A DNA stretch of 64,000 nt from Calcarisporiella thermophila CBS 279.70. Taxonomy: Eukaryota; Fungi; Calcarisporiellomycota. How positions within the stretch are numbered: the first letter of the stretch is position 1; every line of letters begins with the position of its first letter. Below, piece by piece: positions 25,727 through 43,168 of this stretch. The notes below the pieces were generated by a model. That model did no database searches, had not been told where the DNA came from, and was given only the letters and a program-made list of their open reading frames with translations. Made by a program: the position numbers and the translations under genes. The stretch is from contig NW_027192202.1 of the NCBI RefSeq assembly GCF_041956535.1, forward strand, positions 391,895-455,894, written 5' to 3'.

Positions 25727-28700
25727 ATGGTGAAAGCTTATCTACGCTATGAGCAGCGAGCATCTTTTGGTGTCGTCACGAGTGGAAGATCCAATGTTGT
25801 GCATGATGCTAACGGAAGACTTGCGGTGGCACCTGCACTTGAAGATGTTGTTTTGTGGGATTTAAAAAAGGGAACATTGGTAAGCTCTAAATACTCGAGA
25901 GCCAAAATAATTTTTTCTATTTGCTCAAAAGTTTTCTATTATAGATTGGCCGTTGGCATGATGCCGATAATAAAGCAGAGGTTACATGTATTGCACGAAG
26001 TCCAAACAACAAAGATTATGCTGTTGGGTAAGCTCCAAAAATCATAAATTTAAATTTCGGTAGAATGCTGATCTAAAGTATTTGATATTTAGTTATTCAG
26101 ATGGTGCAATTCGGCTATGGAATATAGATTCGGGAATATCCACAGTACTATTCAATGGTCATCGTGGAGCTGTGACCGCACTTGCATTTGATAAGCTGGG
26201 TGCGCGTTTGGCATCCGGTGCAACTGATACGGATTTGATTGTATGGGATGTTGTAGGGGAAGTTGGATTATACAGGTATAATTTATTTCGAAATGGAGTA
26301 TATGTTGTATGGATAACCAATTTTTCGTAAAAAGGATGCGTGGTCATAAGGACCAAGTAACCTGTATTCGTTTCCTCAATAATCCCCTCTCAATTGAAGA
26401 ATTGAATGCCTCATCGTCCGAATATATACTTACTGCTTCCAAGGACACACTGCTTAAGTTATGGGATCTCTCCACCCAGCACTGTGTTGAGACTATTGTT
26501 GGTCATCGGAGTGAAGTATGGGCGTTTGATATTTCCCAAGATGGACGCAATATAGTAAGCGGTGGCGGTGACCATGAACTCTTTGTATGGCATTTGGATT
26601 GGGAGAGGGTGGAGAAAGTTAGCTCGAATGAAGAAACAAATGAGAAAGTTAGTACATTCGCCCTTTTTGTGGATAATTGTTTATAAAATTCACTGTCTTT
26701 TATTTTTTTAGTTGGAAAGATCATTCACGCTATATGGCCGGATCGAACGCCATAGTAAGGAGAGAGTCTCCGAAATACGCTTCCACTCTTCCCAGAAATT
26801 CCTAGGGGTGCAGGTTGCTGATAGATCAGTTGAAATTTTCCGGATACGCACTGAAGAGGAAATAAGGAAAAAGATGGCAAGGCGTAAAAAACGTCAACGT
26901 GAGAAGGCTCAGAAAAAAGGAAAATCTGACAAAGAAAAAGAAGAGGAGAATATGCAAGTGGATGGGGAAGAGGGCGATGAGAATATCGCAGCCTCGGATG
27001 AAATTGCACCATATCAAATTATAAGAACGCCCGCAAAGGTGCGGTCATTTGATTTTGCACCCGTCCAGGAGGGAGAGAGGAGTGGATTTATTAAAGTTCT
27101 AGTTGCGCTTATGAACAACTCCTTAGAAGTTTATAATGTTGCTCTCCCACCCAAGAGTAAATCCGAAGAAATCCCAGACCCAAGCAAGATTTACTCTGTA
27201 GATTTACAGGGTCATCGTTCGGATATTCGAACAGTATCACTGAGTTCAGATGATGAGCTTCTTTGCACCGCTTCTAATGGTAATACTTTTACTTTTTCGA
27301 TTTCTGATTTCCCAGGACATAGTGACTGATGTCTTCTCACCATTGGTTATCAAGGGCTGCTAAAAGTTTGGAATGTCAAAGCAAATACGTGTATTCGTAC
27401 AATCGAATGTGGTTATGCTTTATGTAGTACATTTTTGCCAGGCAATCGACACGTATGTTAATACAGTATTAGTACATAGAGATAGCTTCTCATAGTATTT
27501 TTAATATTCTAACAGATCCTCATTGGCACCAAAAGCGGAGACCTCGAGCTATTTGATATCGCCTCTTCGTCTCTAGTTGAGTCTATCCATGCACACGAAG
27601 GGGCTATTTGGTCAATGCAAGTTCGCCCCGACAAGCGTGGTTTGGTAACAGGAAGTGCAGATAAAGATGTAAAATTTTGGGACTTCAATATGATTGAGGA
27701 GAATGTCGAAAAAAACGCGGTAAGTAGCACACATTCGTTTAGTAGTCGAACAGAATGATTAAATATTACCATAGGCTTCTAAGAAACGATTAACTCTGGT
27801 GCATATAAGAACGCTTAAAATGTCGGATGATGTGTTGTGCGTGCGCTATAGCCCAAATCAAGATTTAATCGCCGTCTCGTTGCTAGATTCGACTGTCAAG
27901 GTGTTTTACCATGACACATTGAAATTTTATTTGTCTCTCTATGGTCATAAGGTATAGCCTAAATATATTAAGTAACTGTGGTTTTTTGTATCGTATGCGC
28001 TAAGCTCATAATTCAATTTATTAGCTTCCCGTGCTCTCAATGGATATATCTTCTGATAACGGTCTTCTTGTAACGTGCTCAGCAGATAAAAATGTCAAAA
28101 TATGGGGGCTTGACTTCGGAGACTGCCATAAATCTATCTTTGCCCACCAGGAAAGCATAATGTGTGTACAATTTGTATGGGGAACTCATTATTTCTTCAC
28201 AGTCAGTAAAGATAGGACGATTAAGTATTGGGATGGAGACAAGGTAACTACATATAGTATTAAGTCAATTCGGATGCCCTGTTTAACCCTTCCGCTGTGA
28301 ATAAGTTTGAAAATATCATGAAGTTGGAAGGCCACCATGGTGAAATATGGGCATTAGCCGTTGGCAAACATGGAAATTTCATAGTATCGGCTTCACATGA
28401 TCGATCAATTCGGATATGGGAGAGGACGGAAGAGCAGGTAATAGGAGTGATTCAAATAATATTGAAAAGTACTCTTTTATACTAAACAATCCTTATAGCT
28501 TTTCCTCGAGGAAGAACGTGAAAAGGAGCTCGAAGAACTTTATGAATCTTCACTCGCTAACACTTTGGAAAAGACTGGAATTGATGATACGGGTGAAGTT
28601 GGTGCAGCTGGAAAACGTACTATGGAAACTCTTAAAGCCGGTGAGCGGATCATTGAGTCGATCGAAGTTGCCGATGAAGAGCGAAATGAGTGGGAGGTCT

Positions 28701-29257
28701 ATAATGAGCTTCGCGCAAAAGGCCAAAATCCTCCTCCGCCCCAAAGAAATCCAATCCTCTTGGCCATGGGTGATCTTACACCTGAACAGTATGTCTTACG
28801 TACTATCGAAAAAGTGCGATCAAGCGAATTGGAAGAGGCACTGCTGGTTCTGCCGTTTGATAAAGTGATTTCGCTACTGGGCTATCTAAATGAATGGATA
28901 CGTAGAGAGTGGAGTATACCACTTGCATGTAGAATTTTATTTTATTTATTACGAGTACACCATCACCAAATTGTGGCAAATCGCGTGATGCGTCCTAGGT
29001 TGGATGCAATTCGGGGCCATCTACGCAGTGCATTACAGCGACAAAAGGTATACATTTTGCATCCACCATTATGGGCTGATTATTATTTTATTAACATCTT
29101 TTTATGATAAAAGGATGTAATTGGTTATAATTTAGCAGCGCTGAAATATATACGTGGGGAACTGGAAGCGCAAGGGACAGCAGAGTTCTTTGATGACAAA
29201 ATGGTCGAGGAAACGATGACGAAAAAACGAAAATTCGTTACAATTACCGCTTCTTAA
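25727..29257 (+). CDS. DIP2: U3 snoRNP / SSU processome WD40 protein Utp12/Dip2, multi-exon
   Basis: MVKAYLRYE, many WD repeats ([44 protein letters not shown]), [11 protein letters not shown] and a Utp12 C-terminal domain ending [10 protein letters not shown]. Confidence 0.96.
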
Positions 29258-29669
29258 TTGTTTATTAAATACTATTAAAATATATAGACTATCATGAATA
29301 TGAGTCCAATTTTGTTCTCTTCTCTTCATTTTATTTCGCAAGGTTAAAAAATAAAAACTTTTTATTTCTCAATAATACTCTACTCAGTCTAAATATCGAA
29401 ACCGGTGTTTATTGTTAAGATTTCCCGTTCACAAGAGGGTTTATGGAAGGGGTTATCTTTTTTAAACATGCGATTTCGATTGTTTAGCCTCAATTATCGG
29501 GAGCGCTCGGGGGAATATTCGGACGGACCAATAATTAGAAATGTAAACAAAAGAAAATCAGCTCAGGCAGAGCAATATAAAGGGATCTGACCCATTTTCA
29601 CCTTTTTCACTCCTTTACACCTCCTCCTCTTCTCTATCCTCTTACTAATATCATCCCCACTCCTACATT

Positions 29670-30669
29670 ATGTCTGGACAAAAAGACGCTAAGTCATTCG
29701 CCGTCGACTTCTTGATGGGTGGTGTTTCCGCCGCTGTCTCCAAGACCGCCGCTGCCCCCATTGAGCGTGTTAAGCTCCTTATCCAGAACCAGGATGAGAT
29801 GATTAAGCAGGGCCGTCTCTCGACCCCCTACAAAGGTATTGGTGAGTGCTTCTCCCGCACCATCAAGGAGGAGGGTGTCTACTCGTTGTGGCGTGGAAAT
29901 CTTGCCAACGTTATCCGTTACTTCCCTACCCAGGCCCTTAACTTCGCTTTCAAGGTAAAGTATTGATAATGTAAACAAACTCGTTTTATTATTCTCTGAT
30001 GTTTATATGAACGCATACTAGGATCACTTCAAGCGCATGTTCGGTTACAAGAAGGATAAGGATGGTTACTGGAAGTGGTTCGCCGGTAACTTGGCCTCTG
30101 GTGGTGCTGCCGGTGCTGCCTCCCTCACCTTCGTCTACTCCCTCGACTACGCCCGTACCCGTCTTGCCAACGACGCCAAGTCTGCTAAGAAGGGTGGTGA
30201 GCGCCAGTTCAATGGTCTCATTGATGTCTACCGCAAGACCCTCAAGACCGATGGTATCCTTGGTCTCTACCGTGGATTCAACATCTCTTGCGTTGGTATC
30301 ATCGTGTACCGCGGTCTCTACTTCGGTATGTACGACTCGCTCAAGCCTGTTTTGCTTGTCGGTGCTCTCCAGGACAACTTCCTTGCCTCCTTCCTCCTCG
30401 GCTGGGGTATCACTATTGGTGCTGGTCTTGCTTCTTACCCCATCGATACCGTCCGTCGTCGCATGATGATGACTTCCGGCGAGGCTGTCAAGTACAAGTC
30501 CTCCCTCCAGGCCTTCCAGCAAATTGTTGCTCAGGAGGGTACCAAGTCCCTCTTCAAGGGTGCCGGTGCCAACATTCTCCGCGCTATTGCTGGTGCTGGT
30601 GTGCTCGCTGGTTACGATCAGCTACAGATGATCTTCTTCGGCAAGAAGTTCTCTGGCGGCTCTGGTTAA
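29670..30669 (+). CDS. AAC2: Mitochondrial ADP/ATP carrier, one intron
   Basis: [28 protein letters not shown] and the RRRMMM signature. Strong C/T-ending codon bias typical of highly expressed genes. Confidence 0.98.
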
Positions 30670-30923
30670 ATGATCTTTACAAAATGATAACACATTGCTT
30701 TTTATCTTCAAGTTTTGTTAGACCTTTTTTTAGATTTATTTCCATGTATTTAAACGATTTTTTTAGACTTTCTCAAGGGTGCTTACTTTTGTGCAAAAAT
30801 AATATTTATTGATCTAAAATTTAGAGAGTCTAAATCACTCTATTTCCAGAAATCGCTTCGATGTCAGAGCTGATAAAAGATTTGGATTATTTGGTGTTAC
30901 CCTGTTGTTTGGCCGAGGTGTGC

Positions 30924-30931
30924 CAGTCACA
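30924..30931. promoter_or_regulatory. Homol-D-like CAGTCACA upstream of RPP40
   Basis: Exact 8-mer about 55 nt before ATG 30986; a second TGACTG at 30964. Confidence 0.45.
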
Positions 30932-30985
30932 TATTTGAACCAGCTCCTTAAATCATTGTATTATGACTGTATTTATTAATATTAA

Positions 30986-32508
30986 ATGAGAAGAGACATG
31001 GAGCGTTATCCATCAGTTGATAAACCAAAATCCAAACTCTTTCTTCATCGCTCCAAGTTTGATTCTACAAATTCAACTTGTAATCATATTATAAAGGAAC
31101 ATCCTTTCAATTATGAGGTAACCTTTTTCTTTAACAATGTTGGCATGTGTATTTTAATGGTAATTTTGATAGCTTGAGGTTATTCTTCCAGCAGAACAGG
31201 AGCTACCTGTATGGGTAGCAGAAATTTTGGAACCTGTATTCTACTACAAAGTTAAAATGCCGCTTTCTCATTTGATTACAATGTCATTTAAAAATGATTA
31301 TTTGCGAAGAGGTATATTTGCGTTTATTTGATAATTTATATCTGTTTACAAAGCCATATACATATACATCTTAGGTCATGTGTTTGCGCATAGTATTGGC
31401 GGTCGGATAGATATAGATGATATTGTTGTTTTGGATGGAGATGGTAAGATTATCTTGCTTCAAATGTTTTCAAATATTATACTAAGTCATTTGGAACTAT
31501 TATTTTAGGTAAATTAACTCTTTCGTTGTCAAAGGACACGTACGAATCTCTTGGTTTAACCGGAAAACCTTCGAAATTTGGACGTCAGAAGTTTGGTAAA
31601 TTACTTGTATTAATGCTTTGATGCATTAACCATATGTTAATGTTTTTTATTTAATGAAGTTGTTATTATTGATTTACTTGAAAAATCCATGATTCCCGGG
31701 AAAAACGGGTATGAGAGGGTTCAGTGGTGTTTTGAGAACACGTTTACTCAAGAGCTAGAATTTTACATAGCATTTGTCAACCCAGGTACTCTCTACTTCT
31801 TATTCATTAAGTTACAGACTAATTGAATTTATATCAAAACTATCTAGCTACCAGCAAAACAGAAGAAATGCAATTTCCCTCTAACTTCAAATCGGAAAAA
31901 GTACAGCTAAATACAACGTATAGGACTCTAAATGACATATTTGTACCGGATATGAACTCATTGCTTTTGACTTCGGAAGACGACAAAAGCTGGCGGCGAA
32001 ATGCCATGGAAGCTTATGAATGGATGGCAATGGCGAGTCTTGGTTCTCCAAGGTGAATATTACTTTATATACACTTCCAATTTTTACTGGATACTAATGC
32101 GAGCTTTATGCGTATATTAATAGGATTTGCCTAATTGATAAGGTCGATCCATTTGTATCCGTGTACCAACCCCCTTCTAATTCTACGCATCAAAATGTGA
32201 CAAGCGTGCGGTGGAAAGGACTAATTCCTCCGCAAATTGTAGTTCAACTTTTAGACTCGTGTCGGTATGAATCTTTTCATCATTCTAGGTTAGAATACTT
32301 AATAATGGATTTTCCCCTTAGTCAATATATCCACACTCGACCATGGATTAGTATAAATATTTGGGGTTTTAAAGATTCTCCTTTTTCATGGCGAGGGAGT
32401 GAGCATGGTTACCTAGTTAACGGTGAAAATAACTACAGTATTATGCTCCTTCCTCGAGAAGACTACGTTATATTTCAGCAATTAGGTGCATACGACACGT
32501 TTTCTTAA
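30986..32508 (+). CDS. RPP40: RNase P/MRP subunit p40-like protein, multi-exon
   Basis: HPFNYE, GKLTLSLSKDTYESLGLTG, EWMAMASLGSPR...DKVDPFVSVY, WKGLIPP, PWISINIWGFKDSPFSW...EHG match Rpp40 family motifs. Confidence 0.85.
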
Positions 32509-32650
32509 AACTCAGAATTGAACTATATCAAATTTTGCATTTAATAAACAAATTCCGTTGTGGCACAGCGCTAATCAACTCGAAAACAAAATTTCATTTG
32601 TCTCTTATCATATACCGCTCCTTGTTCTTTACCGGAATATTTTAAGGCAG

Positions 32651-35692
<3,042 letters not shown>

Positions 35693-35784
35693 AAAATACA
35701 AAATATTTTTTGTTATAGTATGAATATGAATAGGCTGTGAAATAGAAAGTTAATAAATATATTGGTCACGGTTAAGTGACTATT

Positions 35785-35809
35785 TGTGACTGCACATTTC
35801 CCGTAAACA
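35785..35809. promoter_or_regulatory. Homol-D-like TGTGACTG plus GTAAACA upstream of RET1/RPC2
   Basis: TGTGACTG 35785-35792 and GTAAACA 35803-35809, about 80-100 nt before ATG 35887. Confidence 0.5.
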
Positions 35810-35886
35810 TTTAGATCGAAAAACATCGCGTATTATTTTAAACTACTTCTCTAAATATTCCTTTCACGTCCGAACATAGTTTAGAT

Positions 35887-38800
35887 ATGGTACGAAAGGG
35901 AAAAGGAAAACTGAAACCTCACGAAGATGAGGATGCTGGTATGGAGGTGGAAAATGATTTCGGATCCCTGAAAGCACAGAATTTCGGCGGCAAAGGAATC
36001 ACTGATCCAATTCCAACTGTTGAGGTATAATTGTCATCCAAATCTGTTGAATTCACTCGTTAGATCTTGTCTTCTAACTCCTATATAATTAGGATAAATG
36101 GAAGCTGCTTCCTTCTTTTTTGAAAGTCAAGGGATTGGTTAAACAGCATATCGATTCCTTTAATTATTTTGTCAATACCGATCTTACCAAGATTATAAAA
36201 GCCAATGAAAAGGTCACTTCAGATATCGATCCTCACTTTTATCTTAAGTATGTCTTCAAACTTTGAGTAATTCTATGTAAATCTGCATTAAATTAACTGA
36301 CTATCTGCCCTCTCAGATATACTGCCATTCGTGTCGGACAGCCAGAGCGTCCTGAAACGGATATGCCACATAGTATAATTACACCCCAAGAATGTCGCCT
36401 GCGTGACCTAACTTATTCAGCAACAATTTATGTCGATGTTGAATATGTTCGCGGAAGGCAGATTGTACGAAGAAAGGGTGTACCTATTGGCCGCCTTCCT
36501 ATCATGTTACGCAGCTCGCACTGTGTGCTCACTAACAAAAGTGAAGCAGAGTTGGCAAGGATGTGTGAATGTCCTTTGGATCCAGGTAAACTTGTTTTTT
36601 ATAATATTCATAATTTTATCTAACTTGGAGATTTTTTTAGGTGGCTATTTTGTTGTTAAAGGAACAGAAAAAGTTATTTTGATTCAAGAACAGTTATCCA
36701 AGAATCGTATTATTGTTGAACCTAGTAAAAAGAGCCAAATGGTGGCAATGGTTACAAGGTGATTTTATGTTTTTTTTAACTCAACATAGTAACTGCTAAC
36801 CATCCCTATTTTATCATCGATTAGTTCCACACACGAACGAAAAAGTAACACTTATGTGATAACGAAAAACGGCAAACTGTACTTGAAACACAACTCAATT
36901 TCTGAGGACATTCCTGTATCAATTGTAATGAAGGTATTTATGGTTTTAATTAACTAACTAATCGCATATTTAATAAAGCATATCATTATTTTTTAGGCTA
37001 TGGGTATAATATCTGATAAGGAAATTGCTCAGCTTGTAGCTGGTAACGACCCAGATATTTTGGATTCATTTTCGGCCAGTATCGAAGAGGGTTCGCAACT
37101 TCGCATTTTTACACAACAGCAAGCATTAGATTATATTGGTAGTAAAGTCAAGGTTACTCGAAAAATTGCTTCGGTTAGGAGGCCAATGGTAAATATTTAC
37201 TTAACGTCTCTACTCTTTTCATTGCTAACTATTTTATTATATTCGCATAGGCGGAAGAAGCACTAGAAATCCTTGCTACAGTTATTCTAGCTCATGTCCC
37301 AGTTAAGGATCTCAATTTCAGGCCAAAATGTGTTTATATTGCCATTATGACACGTCGAGTCTTGCTTGCATTGAAAAATGAGAAGCATGTGGATGATCGC
37401 GATTATGTTGGCAACAAGCGCTTGGAATTGTATGCATCTTCCGCTTTCTTTTATTCTAGTTCGTGTGTCTAATTTCTTCCTACTTATCTTAGGGCTGGCC
37501 AAATGTTATCGCTACTTTTTGAGGATTTGTTCAAAAAATTCAATTCCGATCTTAAGCTTAATATTGATAAAGTGCTGAAGAAGCCGAATCGAACTCAAGA
37601 ATTTGACGTTTATAATCAATTAATTCTGCATGGTGATCATATCACTGGCGGTTTCGTGCGTGCCATTTCGACAGGCAAATGGTCATTAAAGCGATTCAAG
37701 ATGGAGCGTGCTGGTGTCACCCATGTCCTTAGCCGATTGTGCTATATTAGCGCACTCGGTATGATGACCCGTATTTCTAGTCAGTTTGAAAAAACTCGAA
37801 AAGTGTCGGGTCCTCGTGCTTTGCAGGTATTTGTTCTTAAAACACTTTCATTCAATGCACCATTTACAATGCTGGACATATTCTATAGCCATCACAATGG
37901 GGTGTCTTATGCCCTTCAGACACTCCTGAAGGTGAAGCATGTGGTCTCGTTAAAAATTTAGCTCTTATGACCCATATCACTACAGACGATGAAGAGGAGC
38001 CTATTACCCGTTTGGTATATACCTTGGGTGTTGAAGGTAGACTTCTCCTCTATCAACTGCTTTTTCACTCCTATATTTTACATTTTTTTTGGTTCAATTA
38101 GACGTAAACTTGCTATCAGGCTCGGAACTTTATAGTAACAATGCCTATGTTGTGTTTCTTAATGGACTTGTACTTGGTGTTTCACGAAAACCGTCCAAAT
38201 TTGTGAAAGAATTCAGACGTCTTCGCCGCACAGGAAAAATATCATCGTTTGTCAGTATTTATGTCAACCACCATTTGAGAGCAGTTCAGATTGCATCCGA
38301 CGGTGGACGAATTTGTCGCCCGCTTATTATTGTAGATAACATGCAACCTAGGGTAAAAATCGAGCATATCAAGGCAAGTTTCATTATTATTGCAGGAAAT
38401 TCACTAAATTATAGAAGCTTATTGAGAGGGTTGTTTTAGCAACTTAATGCCGGGAAGCTATCTTTTGATGACTTTTTACGTTTGGGTCTTGTCGAATATC
38501 TCGACGTGAACGAGGAAAATGATTCCAACATTGCTATGTATGAGCGCGAAATTATCCCAGAGACGACTCATTTAGAAATCGAGCCTTTCACTGTTCTCGG
38601 TGCTGTTGCAGGTCTGATCCCGTATCCGCATCACAATCAGAGTCCTCGTAATACCTACCAATGCGCTATGGGTAAACAAGCTATTGGTGCTGTCGCGTAC
38701 AATCAACTCAACAGAATCGACACCCTCCTTTATTTGATGGTATACCCGCAAAAACCTATGGTGAAAACAAAGACAATCGAACTCATTGGCTATGACGAGG

Positions 38801-40149
38801 TAAGCACTAATTCTTTACAACATACAAACTTGGGTTTAATGTGATTAATGTGTTCCAAATGTATCTTCAGCTCCCTGCCGGTCAAAATGCAACTGTTGCT
38901 GTGATGAGTTATTCCGGTTATGACATTGAGGATGCACTTGTTCTTAACAAGTCCTCTCTTGATCGCGGCTTCGGGCGCTGCCAAGTGATGAGAAAATATG
39001 CTACGGTGATTCGCAAGTATGCCAATGGTACATATGATCGATTAGTCGACCCGCCTCCGGAAGATTCAGACATGTTCACCGAGAGGCACAAAATTCTAGA
39101 GCCTGACGGTCTTGCTGGGGCAGGAGAACGAGTAGAGCCCCACATGATTTACATCAATAAGCAATCACCTACTAATACAAGCATGGATATCGGCGTCGGC
39201 ACACAGCAGGCGCAGACGATTCAATTCAAAAACACGCCCATGTCGTACAAGAGTCCTATTTCTGGTTACATCGACAAGGTACTGTTGACCACCGCAGACA
39301 ACGATCAAACGTTGATCAAGGTCCTTATTCGACAAACGCGTCGTCCTGAACTTGGCGACAAGTTCTCATCCCGTCACGGACAGAAAGGTGTTTGCGGCAT
39401 CATCGTACAACAAGAAGACATGCCTTTCACCGATCTTGGCATCTGCCCTGACATTATCATGAATCCTCACGGTTTTCCTTCTCGAATGACAGTCGGAAAG
39501 ATGATTGAGCTACTGGCTGGAAAAGCTGGAGTGCTTGCCGGGCAGCGACAATACGGAACAGCGTTTGGTGGGAGTAAGGTTGAGGATATGAGCAGAATTT
39601 TAATTGAACATGGATTCAGTTACTCTGGAAAAGATTATGTGACTTCTGGTAATATCCCCTGGTTCCCCTCTCTCCCCCGTTGACGTTCTGATTCTCTAAA
39701 CACTCCCCGTTTATTGTATCAATGTAGGTATTACTGGTGAACCGCTATCTGCATATATCTTCTTTGGCCCGGTGTTCTACCAGAAATTAAAGCACATGGT
39801 AGTCGATAAAATGCACGCTCGTTCTCGTGGACCACGCGCTGTCCTCACTCGTCAACCAACTGAAGGTCGTTCGCGAGATGGTGGTCTTCGTCTCGGTGAG
39901 ATGGAGCGTGATTGTTTGATCGGTCACGGAACTAGTATGTTGCTTCTAGAGCGTCTGATGATTTCGTCTGATCAGTTCGAGGTGAATGTGTGCGAGCAGT
40001 GTGGTTTAATCGGTTATACGGGCTGGTGCCAGTACTGCCGTAGCAGCAAATCTATGGTCAACATGCAGATCCCATATGCAGCAAAACTTCTGTTCCAAGA
40101 ACTACAGAGTATGAATATTCTTCCTAGATTGATCTTGGAAGAGTTCTGA
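35887..40149 (+). CDS. RET1: RNA polymerase III second-largest subunit (RPC2), multi-exon
   Basis: [93 protein letters not shown] and a C-terminal Zn finger. Confidence 0.97.
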
Positions 40150-40399
40150 TTTCGAAAACTTAGAAAATCATTTCGCATATCTTTCTTCTAACTATATTCT
40201 TGTATGTAATTACAAAATAAAATTTTATAATCACCCAATCTCTATATATGAATTAGTAGCCTGAATGAGATCAACGCGTTATCATTTCGATTCGGGATCA
40301 GGTTAGGTTAGAATTTTGCAAGGCTCGAGGCCATAGCCCCTCGTTTTTCCAGCTCTCACCTTTTAATCATTTTCGCTCTAACTAGTTCCGTTGTAAAAC

Positions 40400-43061
40400 A
40401 TGGTAAGAGATTCTGCTTACTTGTTTGGCGTATACCTCTCAATGTATTTTTGAGAACCGTAAGTTATAAACAATCGTACTACTTGCTTCTTGTTTATTTA
40501 GGCTGGGGCACTTGAGAACGCAAAAAACCTGCCAAAGATCCGTGATGCTGAGAAGGAAAGCGAATTTGGTTATATTTTTGGTGTTTCAGGTCCAGGTGCG
40601 TAAAAGATTTCGACTTTAGAGGAAGTCATAACGGAAAGGAAAATCAATAGGCGGGAATGTCGCGATATTTATCATTCATCTAATTCAATAATTGTCGTTA
40701 TTTTTTATAGTCGTCGTTGCAGAACAAATGACTGGATCTGCAATGTATGAACTGGTAAGTTTATGGTTAGCCAACTTTTGAGTTGTTCATCCCGCTTGTA
40801 AAATACAATGCAGTGTCCAAGCTCCACCCGGGCCAATATTGATATCTGCAATCAATTTTTATTCGCGTACTACTTCAGATGATTGACTAGATTTATTTGT
40901 TCTATAGGTACGCGTTGGACATTTTGAACTAGTTGGTGAAATCATTCGCATTGAGGGCGATAAAGCGACGATCCAGGTTTATGAGGACACAGGTAATGTT
41001 AAAATTGATTTTTATCCAGATGAAGATTGCAGAATATTTAATCGCCGGCTCCTTTCCCTAGCCGGTCTCACGGTCGGCGATCCAGTGCTTCGTACCGGAA
41101 AACCACTCTCGGTTGAGCTAGGGCCTGGATTAATGAGCAATATTTTTGATGGTATCCAGCGCCCTCTTGAGGTTATCCAGAAGCAATCTAATAGCATTTA
41201 CATTCCTCGTGGCATTGCTGTTCCGGCTCTTGAAAAGAAAACGTTATGGGACTTTGAACCAGCCAATTTCAAGGTATGATGTCTCTGAATAATTGAATGT
41301 AAGAGTAACTTACCGATCCTTCCTTAGGTTGGTGACCATATAACGGGTGGCGATGTTTATGGACATGTTTTTGAAAACAGCCTTGTTAGAGATCATGCGA
41401 TTTTACTTCCACCCCGTGCTCTAGGCACTGTCACGTATATTGCTGAGAAAGGACAGTACTCTCTTGAAGATGTTGTGCTTGAGACGGAGTTTGATGGTCA
41501 AAAACAAAAATTCACGATGATGCATATGTGGCCAGTACGTTCACCGCGCCCCGTTGCCGAAAAATTGTCAGCAGACTTCCCACTGCTTACCGGCCAGCGT
41601 GTGCTTGATGCCCTTTTCCCGTACTTATTTACCAGCTCAGATTCGATTCATTGCAGTATACTATAATGCTTTTTTGTTTTCATAGATCGGTTCAGGGTGG
41701 AACCACTGCCATTCCTGGCGCTTTCGGTTGTGGCAAGACCGTGATTTCTCAGGCCGTATCCAAGTATTCTAACTCGGATATTATCATCTATGTGGGTTGT
41801 GGTGAGCGTGGAAATGAGATGGCTGAAGTACTTATGGACTTCCCTGAATTATCGATTGAGGTCGGCGGCAGACAGGAGTCAATCATGAAACGTACCACCC
41901 TCGTCGCCAACACATCGAACATGCCTGTGGCCGCACGTGAAGCTTCTATTTACACTGGTAAATTTGATATCTTTTTAAATATCGATGTTTATTCCTTTCG
42001 AATATTGTTTTTACAATTTTTTATTACTTCTTCCCCTAACTCTTTATAGGCATTACTCTCTCTGAATACTTCCGTGATCAAGGCAAGGACGTTACCATGA
42101 TGGCCGATTCTACCTCCCGATGGGCTGAAGCGCTCCGTGAAATCTCGGGACGTCTTGCAGAGATGCCTGCAGATAGCGGTTACCCCGCTTACCTGGGTGC
42201 TCGTCTCGCTTCATTCTATGAACGCGCAGGAAAAGTCCACTGTCTTGGCAACCCAAGACGTACCGGCAGTGTAACTGTGGTCGGCGCTGTCTCCCCACCG
42301 GGCGGTGATTTCTCTGATCCCGTTACCGCCTCTACGCTTGGTATTGTTCAAGTGTTCTGGGGCTTGGACAAGAAGCTCGCCCAGCGAAAGCATTTCCCAT
42401 CTGTCAATTGGTCGCTCTCCTACTCCAAGTATATGAAGGTGCTCGAGCCTTACTATGAAAAGGCAGACCCAGAATTCGTTTCTCTTCGCAACAAGTGCAA
42501 GGAGATTCTGCAGATGGAAGAAGATTTGGCTGAAATTGTCCAGCTTGTCGGCAAGGTAAGGCTCCAAAGACAAATTCAAATCATTCCAAGATCTATATAA
42601 ACATATCCCTTACCTTGCCCAAACCAACTAATGCGTTTTATTGTAGAGTGCGCTTGGCGAAACCGACAAAATTACGCTAGAAATTGCCAGAGTCATCAAG
42701 GATGATTTCCTGCAACAAAACGGCTACTCGAATTACGACCGATACTGCCCGTTCTACAAGACAGTATGGATGCTGCGCAATATGATCACCTTCTATAACC
42801 TCGCGGTGCATGCCGTTGAGGCGACCAACAACCAGGTCACTTGGGCCCGCATTCGCGAGACAATGAGTGATATTCTCTACAAGTTGAGCTCGATGAAATT
42901 TGAGGTAATGAAGACAGGTCATATATTCTTGGTGAGCTGACTTATTAACCATTTTTTATTGATTTAACTAGGACCCCGCTGATGGCGAGAATGTGCTGCG
43001 GGAACGCTACCAGAGTCTGTACAAGGAGATGGAACAACGCTTCCGTGATCTTGAAGTGTAG
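40400..43061 (+). CDS. VMA1: V-ATPase catalytic subunit A, intein-free, multi-exon
   Basis: ATG-only first exon; VSGPVVVA, P-loop GAFGCGKT, continuous [43 protein letters not shown]. Confidence 0.98.
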
Positions 43062-43168
43062 AACCCTCCTCGCATTACTTAACCTTATTCTATTTCTTTC
43101 ACTTTTTTTTTTACAGAAAATAAAATACAAGCTTTTATTATATAGACACAGAACTTAATCGGTTAGTT

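Noticed and set aside
29694-30812. Long antisense and alternative-frame ORFs over AAC (similar ones lie over RPS23 and PYK1)
   Set aside because: Expected by-product of strong codon bias in highly expressed genes; no independent protein features.
41770-41830. Possible VMA1 intein (VDE/PI-SceI site)
   Set aside because: The insertion site reads continuously [13 protein letters not shown], so this is an empty allele. RPC2 also shows no intein-sized insertion.
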